A stretch of DNA of 20,000 nucleotides from an uncultured virus (IMG/VR IMGVR_UViG_3300005512_000019) (IMGVR_UViG_3300005512_000019); one strand, 5' to 3'. Shown: positions 1 to 7,672, numbered from the stretch's first letter. A program made the numbers and translations. Notes: generated by a model from the sequence alone, not told the origin.

Positions 1-751
1 GAACCATCCGGCGGCAGGCCTCCAGCCGTTGGGCAAAGGTAGGGGCTCCCGGCTCAATCCTCTTGAGCAGGTCCTCATCAGATGAGATCATGGTCACGTG
101 GACGGCCGCTCCCCCCTTGTTGCTTGCCAGGGCGTCCAAGTAGGCATCCTCCCCTACAAGGGCGGACTTGGTATTGATCATCAGGGGGTAGCTGTGGAGA
201 GCCAGGTGCTGGAGCATCGCCAGGGAGGCCCCCTCCTTGCGCTCATCGTCCAGGAAGTCCTCAAACCGGATTCCAAACCGGATCGGGATGGTGTTGGCTA
301 CCGCCCGCCGGATGTCCCCTGAGAGGCTGGAGGCGTCCTTCCCCCGGCACTCCATGAGCTTGTCCAGCTCCTTCCGGTACCAGTCCGGGTTGCAGTGCCT
401 GTAGCCCATCGTCTTGCTGTTGTCAAAGAAGGCGGTGTACAGGCTAGCCCGGAAGGCGTTTGCGTAACAGTAGCGGCAGCGGAAGGGGCACACCAGCCCG
501 TCCCATACATCCAGGTTGAGTGGCATGGGGCAGGCGGCGGCTCTCACGGAGACTTCCACAAAGGAGTTGACCTCCTCCGTGTTCAGCAACCGCTCCTGCT
601 TCCGCCACTCCCCCTCAGCCAGATCAAATTGGCTGTAGTTTTTCTTGCGGCCCTTCTCCCTCACCGCATCCTGATGCCGCCTCTCCCGGAGGAGCTGGGT
701 CATGCGGGGGATCACCCGTGACACGAGGTCTCTGAGTTGCCAGTAGTCCAT
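1..751 (-). CDS. Radical SAM protein, spore-photoproduct-lyase-like (3' end runs off the window; not in ORF track)
   Basis: Manual translation from ATG 751 (TGATG overlap with the upstream stop): MDYWQLRDLVSRVIPRMTQ...AAACPMPLNLDVWDGLVCPFRCRYCYANAF...IRFGIRFEDF...LMINTKS...VHVTMISSDEDLLKRIEPGAPTFAQRLEACRRMV, open to base 1. It has CxxxCxxC plus TKS and EPGAP..RL motifs typical of SPL-like radical SAMs. Confidence 0.88.
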   Translation of the reverse strand, partial: MDYWQLRDLVSRVIPRMTQLLRERRHQDAVREKGRKKNYSQFDLAEGEWRKQERLLNTEEVNSFVEVSVRAAACPMPLNLDVWDGLVCPFRCRYCYANAFRASLYTAFFDNSKTMGYRHCNPDWYRKELDKLMECRGKDASSLSGDIRRAVANTIPIRFGIRFEDFLDDERKEGASLAMLQHLALHSYPLMINTKSALVGEDAYLDALASNKGGAAVHVTMISSDEDLLKRIEPGAPTFAQRLEACRRMV

Positions 752-1293
752 CACTCCGCTCCTCCGCTCGGGCCGTGGCCGTCCACTCCGCCGTCCGCCC
801 CAAAGGCCAGGGCGTTGACGATAGCCCTGAACACGAGCACCCTCAGCTTTTTGGAGGTGTGAAGCTGATCCATCAGCTCATCCGGCCGGGGGTAGTGGAC
901 CGTGGCGTGCGCTCCCTCGGGAGAGGCCCAACGGTACATGGCCCACATTGCCCTTGCCGCAGCCATGTGGGCGTCCCTCATCTTCTCGTGGAGCACAAAC
1001 AGGTTGTAGGTGGTCCCCCCGAGGAGGACCCGGCAACTGCGGTGATTGATCTCCGCCGGCACATGGAGCTGGGCCATACGGGCGGTGAGCTCGTCAAACT
1101 GCTCTTGGGTGCAGATGCGGTCATCATCCGAGGGGTCCGGCATGATGTAAGCGGAGGTCCCTGACTGGGGTAGCTCTTGAATGTCTGCTACCAGCTGGGA
1201 GAGGTCCCTCAACGGATCGGGCTTGGCTACCGGGGCCGGGGGCTCGGCCGTCCGGGGCGGCATCCCACATTGCTCTCTGTCTTCAGGGGTCAT
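751..1293 (-). CDS. Hypothetical protein (180 aa)
   Basis: ORF 751..1371; the preferred start is ATG 1293 (MTPEDREQ) after an AAGGAG RBS; its stop overlaps the next ATG. Confidence 0.7.
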   Translation of the reverse strand: MTPEDREQCGMPPRTAEPPAPVAKPDPLRDLSQLVADIQELPQSGTSAYIMPDPSDDDRICTQEQFDELTARMAQLHVPAEINHRSCRVLLGGTTYNLFVLHEKMRDAHMAAARAMWAMYRWASPEGAHATVHYPRPDELMDQLHTSKKLRVLVFRAIVNALAFGADGGVDGHGPSGGAE

Positions 1294-1307
1294 GTCTGGG
1301 TCTCCTT

Positions 1308-1547
1308 TCAGATCAGTCCCATTCCGGCTTCTACGGGGGGCAGGCCGATCTCCGCCCGCCCCTCCAGCCATCCAATCATCTCGTAGTTGTTAGCCTTCTC
1401 AGCGTACACGGCCCCCTCTCGGGAGAACAGGATGGCTGAGTGGTTGTCGGGAGTCCGGCCCTCAAACCGGAAGTGCTCCCGCCCCCCGTAGTGCTCATCA
1501 AGCAACTGGAGGACCCTCTCCACGTGTCCGCGTCCTTCAACGTTCAT
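1308..1547 (-). CDS. Hypothetical protein (79 aa)
   Basis: ORF 1308..1670; the preferred start is ATG 1547 (MNVEGRGH) after a GGAGGT RBS. Confidence 0.65.
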   Translation of the reverse strand: MNVEGRGHVERVLQLLDEHYGGREHFRFEGRTPDNHSAILFSREGAVYAEKANNYEMIGWLEGRAEIGLPPVEAGMGLI

Positions 1548-1563
1548 GCCTACCTCCGAAAAG

Positions 1564-1679
1564 TGGACCGGGGTGGTGGAGGGACCAAGCCATGGTACAT
1601 ATGCACCAACTCCGGGGCTCGTGGCAGGTCCTGCCCGCCTGCGTCTCTCCGGCTGGGGGTGCTCCACCACCCCGGTGAT
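1564..1679 (-). ncRNA. Candidate structured ncRNA or 5' leader closed by a perfect 15-bp stem
   Basis: ACCGGGGTGGTGGAG (1567-1581) and CTCCACCACCCCGGT (1662-1676) are perfect inverted repeats, with possible inner helices GCACC/GGTGC, CCGG/CCGG and GCAGG/CCTGC. The stem begins about 10 nt downstream of a TATAAT box and is followed by CCA-CTTTT on the minus strand. Confidence 0.5.
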
Positions 1680-1685
1680 CGCGCT

Positions 1686-1713
1686 ATTATACCTGATCAG
1701 GCATTTTCAACAA
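1686..1713 (-). promoter_or_regulatory. Sigma70-like promoter TTGTTG-N16-TATAAT
   Basis: Perfect TATAAT (1691-1686) in a GC-rich genome; weak -35; the spacer contains the palindrome CCTGATCAGG (1692-1701). Confidence 0.6.
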
Positions 1714-2656
1714 AGTCCTCCGGCAAGTGGCCGATGTTCCAGAAGAGGACCTGATGCTTCAAGTCCGGCTCGGGCTCCCGCAGCTCCTTCTCCAACCACT
1801 CCCAGGCCTTGGCGTCATACCACGGATGGGAGGGGAAGGGGGGCCGGCATTTTGAGGGGGTCGTGTACTCCCATTGGGGGTCCACCAGGCAGACCTTCAC
1901 CCCGTCCAACATGCCCCCGTCCAGCGGCACTCCGGCCTTCTCGGCTATCTTCCGCAGCTTGCGTTGGCAGTCTCCCGTCCGGCCCATCACTCCGATGATC
2001 CTACAATCACGGGCGGCTGGGTAGGTGTCGCAGTACCACAGGCCCCTGGCTAGCCCTGCAGCTACGGTCCCCGAGCCGATATTGACCACGATATCAAGCC
2101 GGATAGCCCCGTGGGTGAGGGTGGGCAGTATCTGATCAGTGAGGGTGTACTGGAGCTGGTGGGCGGTAGCCTCCACCGTCTCCTTCAGCGGCAGGCCGAG
2201 GTCCAGCAGCTCCCCTTCCTCCCCGTACTTCTTGAGGTGGAGGTTGCGGCACTCATTCCATGCCACCCGAGCCATCCCGGCTCTGATGGGCACGATCTCC
2301 GCCCCGAGGTCCCTCCACTTGCGGCGGTGGTATTGGAGGAGCGGGGGAGTGTCCCTCACGTACTGCGGGTCATAGATCACGCAGTGGAGGCCCAACTCCC
2401 TACACACCCAGGCTACCCCCCAGCCCGCCATGCTGACGGCCGTCTCCACGTAGCCAAAGTGGTGGACCCCCTGCCCGGACTTCTTCTGGATGTGATTCAG
2501 TAGTCCCCGGACCTTGCTGAATGGGGGTCCGGGATCGGGGCAGCAGAGGTCCTCCCGCTTGACCAGGACCATGTACTTTGTCCAGACCTTCCCGCCGTCC
2601 CTCGGCCGTCCGGGCATCTCATACAATTCCAAAGGTGTTCTGGTCTCCAGTCTCAT
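1697..2656 (-). CDS. PLP-dependent enzyme, fold type II (cysteine synthase/ACC deaminase/D-Cys desulfhydrase-like; phage DNA-modification type)
   Basis: VKREDL...SKVRG (putative Schiff-base Lys), SMAGWGVAWVCRELGLHCVIY, VVNIGSGT phosphate loop, HPWYDAKAW and LFWNIG; start ATG 2656 after GGAGGAG. Confidence 0.85.
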   Translation of the reverse strand: MRLETRTPLELYEMPGRPRDGGKVWTKYMVLVKREDLCCPDPGPPFSKVRGLLNHIQKKSGQGVHHFGYVETAVSMAGWGVAWVCRELGLHCVIYDPQYVRDTPPLLQYHRRKWRDLGAEIVPIRAGMARVAWNECRNLHLKKYGEEGELLDLGLPLKETVEATAHQLQYTLTDQILPTLTHGAIRLDIVVNIGSGTVAAGLARGLWYCDTYPAARDCRIIGVMGRTGDCQRKLRKIAEKAGVPLDGGMLDGVKVCLVDPQWEYTTPSKCRPPFPSHPWYDAKAWEWLEKELREPEPDLKHQVLFWNIGHLPEDFVENA

Positions 2657-3728
2657 CCCGCTCCTCCTCCGGGCCAAAGCCCGCATCGTGCATTGTATAC
2701 ATCTTGTCTGTAGTCCCCTCCATGATCCTCCGGCCTTCCTCCTGGTCCCCTACACCATCCCAAGTGCCAGCCAGTATCTCCTGTGGGTCCCTCCCCTCCT
2801 GAAGCATCCTCTTCCACGTATGAGCGTTGTAGGTGCACGGGCGGGGTACGTCAAGCCCACAGCAGGTGTTTGCTGGCTCCCGGTGGGCCTTCCCGCTGTT
2901 GACAAAGTCTGGGCACCCGATCCTCACCCCGTAGGTCTCCCCGAGCTGAAGCAGCTGGGCCAGGATCGGCCTCCACTGCTCATCCTGATTGTGGTACCAG
3001 ATGCGCTCAATGTCCACCCCGATAGCGTGGAGCCTCTTGGCCACAAAGGCGTTGAAGTGGAAGTTGTAGGTGTTGTACCGATCAATGCCGTGATCCCGTA
3101 GGAGCTGCATGGTGCTCTTGAAGTCCTCCACCGTGTGGTAGCCGGGGATGAAGGGCTCACCGTTCAAACCGTAGGGCACCCCCACATCCCGCAGGAAGGA
3201 CAGATGGGATAGCCGGAGCCGGGGCGGGGTGGTCCGGCCCCTCTCCAGTACCTCCCAATCACGGTCCAGTCCAGGGGAGACTACGGGCATCACCTGGAGG
3301 AGGCGGCGGAAGTGAGCTGACTTGATCTCCTCCATAGCCGTCTCCATCATCACCCCGGTGAAACGGGTCTGGATCACAAAGGTCCACCGCTCCTCCGTGA
3401 GTACCCGCACAAGGTCCCGCGCCACGTGATAGGTCCTCTCCGCCTCTTGGAAGGGATCGGACTTGTTGCCCAGGCGGAGGGTCTTGCGGCTAGCCAGGGC
3501 GTGTGCCAGGGGGGTCTTGGGGGTCTTGTTCTTCACCCCGGCCTGTAGCTTGCGCTGAACGTCCTCCGGGTCCGCAGGCCGGAGGTCCGTGCCCCAGGTG
3601 TGGTTCAGGTGGCGGAAGTAGCAGTGGTGGCAATCAGTCAGGCAATTCCAATAGGCATCCAGTGCAAGGGGGAGGGGGCAATACAGACAGTCACCCCGGA
3701 TGCTGAGGGCGTTCTTGAGTCTCTTCAT
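2619..3728 (-). CDS. Radical SAM protein, spore-photoproduct-lyase-like
   Basis: CPLPLALDAYWNCLTDCHHCYF (CxxxCxxC), LRLGNKSDPFQ, IQTR, LERGRTTPPRLRL, GEPFIPG, C-terminal CPDF/TCCG; start ATG 3728 after AAGGAG. Confidence 0.88.
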   Translation of the reverse strand: MKRLKNALSIRGDCLYCPLPLALDAYWNCLTDCHHCYFRHLNHTWGTDLRPADPEDVQRKLQAGVKNKTPKTPLAHALASRKTLRLGNKSDPFQEAERTYHVARDLVRVLTEERWTFVIQTRFTGVMMETAMEEIKSAHFRRLLQVMPVVSPGLDRDWEVLERGRTTPPRLRLSHLSFLRDVGVPYGLNGEPFIPGYHTVEDFKSTMQLLRDHGIDRYNTYNFHFNAFVAKRLHAIGVDIERIWYHNQDEQWRPILAQLLQLGETYGVRIGCPDFVNSGKAHREPANTCCGLDVPRPCTYNAHTWKRMLQEGRDPQEILAGTWDGVGDQEEGRRIMEGTTDKMYTMHDAGFGPEEERDETGDQNTFGIV

Positions 3729-3744
3729 GGCTCGGCTCCTTTGC

Positions 3745-3783
3745 AAAAAGAGAGGGGGCCGGGGGTTGATTCCCGGCCCCCTC
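3745..3783 (-). terminator. Rho-independent terminator
   Basis: 12-bp stem GAGGGGGCCGGG/CCCGGCCCCCTC with an 8-nt loop, followed by TCTTTTT on the minus strand, about 30 nt after the stop at 3814. Confidence 0.85.
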
Positions 3784-3813
3784 GGAGGGGTGACTCACCC
3801 ACCAGGTGCAGCA

Positions 3814-4425
3814 CTACCAGGTGAGCTTGTCGCCGTCCCGCTGCACGATCTCGAAAGCCTCAAGCAGCGGCAGGGCAATCTTGGCGTAAAACCAGGACTC
3901 TTTCATGTTGTCCCGCCCGCCGTTCTTGACGTACAGCTCGTTGGCCTTCTCCACCAGGGCGTCCACGCTCTTGCGGCAGGTCTTGTAGGCTGCTGCCTCG
4001 CAGAAGGCGGTCACACGGGTGTAACCCTTGGTGCGCTGCGTGTCCTTGGTGGCCGGGGGAGCCTTGGTGGCCGCTGCCGCCTTGGCCGGGGGAGCCTTCT
4101 TGCCGGGGACCTTCTTGGCCGGGGGCTCGGCCTCTTCCTCCGGCTCCTCGGCCTCTTCCTCGGCCTCTTCCTCGGCCTCTTCCTCGGCCTCTTCCTCGGC
4201 CTCTTCCTCCGGCTCCTCATCCGCCGGGGCCACCAGCTCCAGGGCCTCCAGAACGTCCCAGGTGGAGTCCTTCAGCTCCTCGTCACCCTGGAGGTGCTCG
4301 TTGATTGCCTCGGTCATGGAGCCCACGATGTCCTCCTGGGACCCCGTGACCACGATCTCCACACCCAGGACTTCCGCCAGGTCCTTCGCAGCCGCCACCA
4401 CTTTCGCTTTGCTCGGTTTCGCCAT
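3814..4425 (-). CDS. Acidic/basic low-complexity protein, possible nucleoid/DNA-binding protein
   Basis: Strong RBS AAGGAGGT; (EEEA)n tract followed by PAKK/KAPPA repeats; has its own promoter and terminator. The function is inferred. Confidence 0.8.
   Translation of the reverse strand: MAKPSKAKVVAAAKDLAEVLGVEIVVTGSQEDIVGSMTEAINEHLQGDEELKDSTWDVLEALELVAPADEEPEEEAEEEAEEEAEEEAEEEAEEPEEEAEPPAKKVPGKKAPPAKAAAATKAPPATKDTQRTKGYTRVTAFCEAAAYKTCRKSVDALVEKANELYVKNGGRDNMKESWFYAKIALPLLEAFEIVQRDGDKLTW
4126..4218. repeat. 12-bp coding tandem repeat (CTCGGCCTCTTC)n encoding EEEA
   Basis: About 5 contiguous copies plus one further copy and CTCCGGCTC variants, in frame. Confidence 0.9.
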
Positions 4426-4474
4426 GACTACCTCCTTTTGGTTTTGCTGTTGGCAATTCTCTCAAACATGCCCT

Positions 4475-4513
4475 ATACTACAGGCTGGATTCATTTCCTT
4501 CAAGACTTTTTTT
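4475..4513 (-). promoter_or_regulatory. Sigma70-like promoter TTGAAG-N17-TAGTAT with upstream A-tract
   Basis: -35 at 4503-4498, -10 at 4480-4475, and an A7 tract upstream, in an AT-rich intergenic gap. Confidence 0.75.
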
Positions 4514-4514
4514 C

Positions 4515-6134
4515 TCACCAGTAGGAAGCCACCATGGGATTGCCCCGCCGGAGGTCCTGCAACAGCGTGACTTCCTCCCCGCTCCTGAGCTCCCCTTCCC
4601 GCACCAGCAGCAGACCCATCCGGGCTAGCCCTCTGCGCTCCTCGTCAGGGGTCTTTTGAATGGACACAAAGGCGGTAGCATGACTGTACTTCCGCTTGTC
4701 CTCGGAGAAGTTGGACAGGCGGAGGGAGCGGGCCTCCAGGCCGGCAGCGTCTGACTGGGTGACCGTCACTACCAGGCAGTGCTTCTCCATAGACAGGCGG
4801 CGCATAGCCTTCCAGTTGGCGTTCTGCTGATCACGGGTGGACATGTGTTCGGTCCCCGGCTCCGGGGCCAGAATGTCCGCATAGTCAATCACTACCAGGT
4901 CAGGGGTCCAGCCCTCCATTGTCTCCCAGATGTCAAGCTGGGCACGGAGGTCCGCCACGCTCATTGTCCCAGTGGGGTAGCACTCCAGGTACACATCCCG
5001 GCCCCGGAGGCGGGACTTGTTGAAGGCTCTCCCGGCCCGGAGCCCTTCCCGCCAGCTCAGGGGCTTACAAGCCGGGATGAGTTCATAGAACACGGCCCCC
5101 TCGTAGTGGGACCGCATCCGGGGGCGGCTCTGGCAGTAGCTGCAGGGGTGGTATCCGGCCGGGGCAGACTTGGCAATGTCCTCCGGGCTCGGGGGCCTCC
5201 ACCCCGCCTGCTCCTCCGGGTCCTCCGGCGGGGCTAGCTGAATGTCCAGCCTTCCAGTCCCCACCCGTTCAATCAGAGAGCACCTCCCGTCCTGGTTGTG
5301 AACGCAGTCCGCTACCGGGGAGAGGTGTTCCACACAATACTTGGGCACCCAGGACTTCCCTGACAGCCGGCAGTGGCGGCGGCGGACCATCTGCTTGCGG
5401 CTCATATCGCCCACCCCAAAGAACACCGTGTTCAGTCGGCACAGGTGACCCCTGAATTCAATCTCTGACAGCCACCAGGTCTTGCCAACCTTCTCCCGGC
5501 CGAGCCCCGCCACAAAGCCCTCCCTGATCATGTGCTCATTGAGCAGCTCCCCGGCCGCTCCGGGCAGGTACAGGATCGGCTCTGCGTCCTCCTCAAAGGC
5601 TTCATAGATGGACTCCTTGTCCGTGTAGGGGTTGATGGCTGTCACAAGGGGCTTGTGGACATGCTGATACTCGGCCACCCGTCCCTCGGCTCCCCGGAGG
5701 TTGCCCCGTGAGAGGTCTGACAGGATGTCCTCGGCCGTGGCCTTCAGGTTCATCTGCCTGAAGTGGTCCACCGTCTGATCCAGGGCGTATTCTACGTTGA
5801 ACGGGTCCCCCTCCTCATGCCGGCGGGACAGCTTGGATAGGAATGCGGCAATGAGGTCTGCCTCTGCGTCCTCCATGCCTCTGCGCCTCTCCGAGTGGAA
5901 GATGGCCTCCAGCTCGGATTTGGGGGCCTTCCCGTAGCGGGTCCAGTACTCCATGCACCAGTGGGCCACCCGTCTGACGTAGGGGGTCTCCACCAACTCC
6001 TCCCTGTAGATCGGCTCCACCTGGCGCAGGAAGCTATCGCTGACAATCATGCCAGTGAGCATCATGGTCTCAGGGAGGTTGTCCACCTTCTGGCGGGTCA
6101 CTCGGGAGGTCATCTTGGGTGGGGGCTTCTTCAT
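4515..6134 (-). CDS. dnaB: DnaB-like (SF4) replicative DNA helicase with a Cys-rich insertion
   Basis: Walker A GREKVGKT, Walker B LVVIDYAD, VVTVTQS, FSEDKRKYSHAT; ATGA-coupled to the initiator gene. Confidence 0.88.
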   Translation of the reverse strand: MKKPPPKMTSRVTRQKVDNLPETMMLTGMIVSDSFLRQVEPIYREELVETPYVRRVAHWCMEYWTRYGKAPKSELEAIFHSERRRGMEDAEADLIAAFLSKLSRRHEEGDPFNVEYALDQTVDHFRQMNLKATAEDILSDLSRGNLRGAEGRVAEYQHVHKPLVTAINPYTDKESIYEAFEEDAEPILYLPGAAGELLNEHMIREGFVAGLGREKVGKTWWLSEIEFRGHLCRLNTVFFGVGDMSRKQMVRRRHCRLSGKSWVPKYCVEHLSPVADCVHNQDGRCSLIERVGTGRLDIQLAPPEDPEEQAGWRPPSPEDIAKSAPAGYHPCSYCQSRPRMRSHYEGAVFYELIPACKPLSWREGLRAGRAFNKSRLRGRDVYLECYPTGTMSVADLRAQLDIWETMEGWTPDLVVIDYADILAPEPGTEHMSTRDQQNANWKAMRRLSMEKHCLVVTVTQSDAAGLEARSLRLSNFSEDKRKYSHATAFVSIQKTPDEERRGLARMGLLLVREGELRSGEEVTLLQDLRRGNPMVASYW

Positions 6135-7288
6135 AGGCGGTCTCCGGTTTCAAAGTTCATTCCTGTCACCTTCTGGGCGTGAACAAGGTATTGGTCCCAC
6201 AGCTTCCCGCCGGGGGCCAGACTGCCAGCGTTGAGTTTGGAGTAGTGCTCCGAGCTGAGGGCGGCTATCCAGCCCGCATACTCCTCGGCCAGGGCGTGGG
6301 CGGTTGGGTAGTAGTAGCGCACCTTGCGGCGGCTGATTGAGCCGTGCTCCGTCCCCGGTAGCTTGGAGTGGTACTCCCTGATCAACCTCACGGCACCCTC
6401 AAGGACCTTCCACGCCTGCCCCGTCAGCTTCATTCCGGTCAGGCTAGCCCAGGCCTTGCCGATCACCTGTACAGCGGGGTCTGAGGGGCCGGGGCTCGGG
6501 CGGTTGCTCACCTGGGCCTCCCGCTGCCGCTCCCGATCCCGCTGCCACTGGCGGTGTATGTTTGTGAACTTGTGTTCCCCGTTGGAGCTGCTCCGCACTC
6601 GCAGGCTTCCCAAGCTCAGGAGGTTCTTGCTCCAGAAGGAGTCCTGCTGGGCCCACAGGACGGCGGGGCGGATGTCCCTGTTGAAGTCCCACTTGTCTAT
6701 GCGGATGAGCTTGCGCAGGGCGTCCACCCCGGCCGTCACGGATGCCTTGGTCACGGAGCGTACAAGAGACGGGTGGAGCTCATGTTGTTTCTTCAAGAAG
6801 TCTCGGGAGAAAGCCTCCAGCTCATCAGGTACAGAAAGACACGTCAGGGGAGTCTCCGGTGTTTCCCTATCCTCTCCGGTATTTCCCCTAACAGTCCCCG
6901 GTATTTCCCTCACACTTTTGCCAGGCCTGGTGCGAGCCACTGTCTGGTTTTTCACAAGGGTGGCTCCTTGCATAAAGCGCACGTGGATGTAGTGCCCAGT
7001 GATTCTCCCGGCGGGGTCCTTCCGGGGGCGGTCCTCTACCAGGCCCAGCTTCTTGAGGTCCCCCTTCCGAGCCCGGACACGATCCTCCCCCCACCCAAGG
7101 GCTCGGGCGGTGTAGGAGGTGGTGGCCCTTGCGTTGGTACCACCCTGCCACTTGGCCGTGTAGTAGTAGAACACATACAGGGCCAGGAGGTCCCCGGCGT
7201 GCGGCCGGGGCTTCTTCCCGTCTCTCAGGAGCCTATCCACAGTTGGCTTGCTCAGCACAATCGGCTCCTCATTGATGTCGTAGGTCAT
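6131..7288 (-). CDS. Phage replication initiator (lambda O/replisome-organizer-like)
   Basis: N-terminal winged HTH (LYVFYY...TARALGWGEDRVRARKGDLKKLGLVE), a low-complexity linker, then IRID...LWAQQDSFWSKNLLSLGSLR resembling O-protein C-terminal domains; lies directly upstream of the helicase. Confidence 0.75.
   Translation of the reverse strand: MTYDINEEPIVLSKPTVDRLLRDGKKPRPHAGDLLALYVFYYYTAKWQGGTNARATTSYTARALGWGEDRVRARKGDLKKLGLVEDRPRKDPAGRITGHYIHVRFMQGATLVKNQTVARTRPGKSVREIPGTVRGNTGEDRETPETPLTCLSVPDELEAFSRDFLKKQHELHPSLVRSVTKASVTAGVDALRKLIRIDKWDFNRDIRPAVLWAQQDSFWSKNLLSLGSLRVRSSSNGEHKFTNIHRQWQRDRERQREAQVSNRPSPGPSDPAVQVIGKAWASLTGMKLTGQAWKVLEGAVRLIREYHSKLPGTEHGSISRRKVRYYYPTAHALAEEYAGWIAALSSEHYSKLNAGSLAPGGKLWDQYLVHAQKVTGMNFETGDRL
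6853..6910. repeat. Three 16-bp direct repeats TCYCCGGTRTTTCCCY, putative origin iterons
   Basis: Copies at 6853-6868, 6873-6888 and 6895-6910 (periods 20 and 22 bp, not multiples of 3) in the initiator linker. Confidence 0.7.
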
Positions 7289-7316
7289 TCACGGTCCCTC
7301 CCAATCTGAGTCACTC

Positions 7317-7350
7317 CCCTATCCTACCGGATGAGGGGTGTTTTCATCGA
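7317..7350 (-). promoter_or_regulatory. Putative promoter of the replication genes (-10 TAGGAT, weak -35)
   Basis: AAACACCCCTCATCCGGTAGGATAGG closely resembles the promoter at 18013-18041 (AAACACGCCCATCCAGTAGGATAGG). Confidence 0.5.
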
Positions 7351-7672
7351 AAGGCGGCAGGGAGGGGACACAGAGGGCGGGCAGGGGGCTCCCCCGGCGG
7401 GTGAACCTCCAGACCTTGTTCAGGCAGGAGGTGTCCGTGAACGTGTCACAGATGTAGTCCCGCTCCAAGAGGGCATGGGTCAGGGCCTCCAGCCGCAGCA
7501 TGTAGGCGTCCCTCAGATACTTGGGGGCTGACTCAGCCCGCCTGCAGGAGAGGGTGATGTCAAAACGGTCTGGTAGCTCGGGAAGGCCCGTGACAAGGGG
7601 CATAGGGTCCCCATGCACAACGTTTTCCAAGCTGATCGTCACCGTGGTAACACATGCCAATGGGTCCTTCAT
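7319..7672 (-). CDS. Hypothetical protein (117 aa)
   Basis: ATGA overlap with the upstream gene; GAGGAGG RBS. Confidence 0.65.
   Translation of the reverse strand: MKDPLACVTTVTISLENVVHGDPMPLVTGLPELPDRFDITLSCRRAESAPKYLRDAYMLRLEALTHALLERDYICDTFTDTSCLNKVWRFTRRGSPLPALCVPSLPPFDENTPHPVG

Noticed and set aside
1564..1679. SAM-I riboswitch, tRNA/tmRNA or MITE interpretation of the inverted repeat
   Set aside because: The GGTGGAGGGAC resemblance to SAM-I is on the non-coding strand and the other core motifs are absent. There is no T-loop or cloverleaf despite CTCCACCA, and no target-site duplication or transposase.
2619..3728. Calling the radical SAMs true spore photoproduct lyase (splB), or the PLP enzyme cysK/acdS
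   Set aside because: Only superfamily-level motifs match; the phage context and divergence argue against these specific assignments.
4126..4218. Tandem repeat as a CRISPR array or regulatory repeat
   Set aside because: 12-bp in-frame units with no spacers; explained by the EEEA protein repeat.
5060..5345. Intein in the DnaB helicase
   Set aside because: No C/S-start with HN-C/S/T end and no LAGLIDADG blocks; better explained as a Cys-rich domain.
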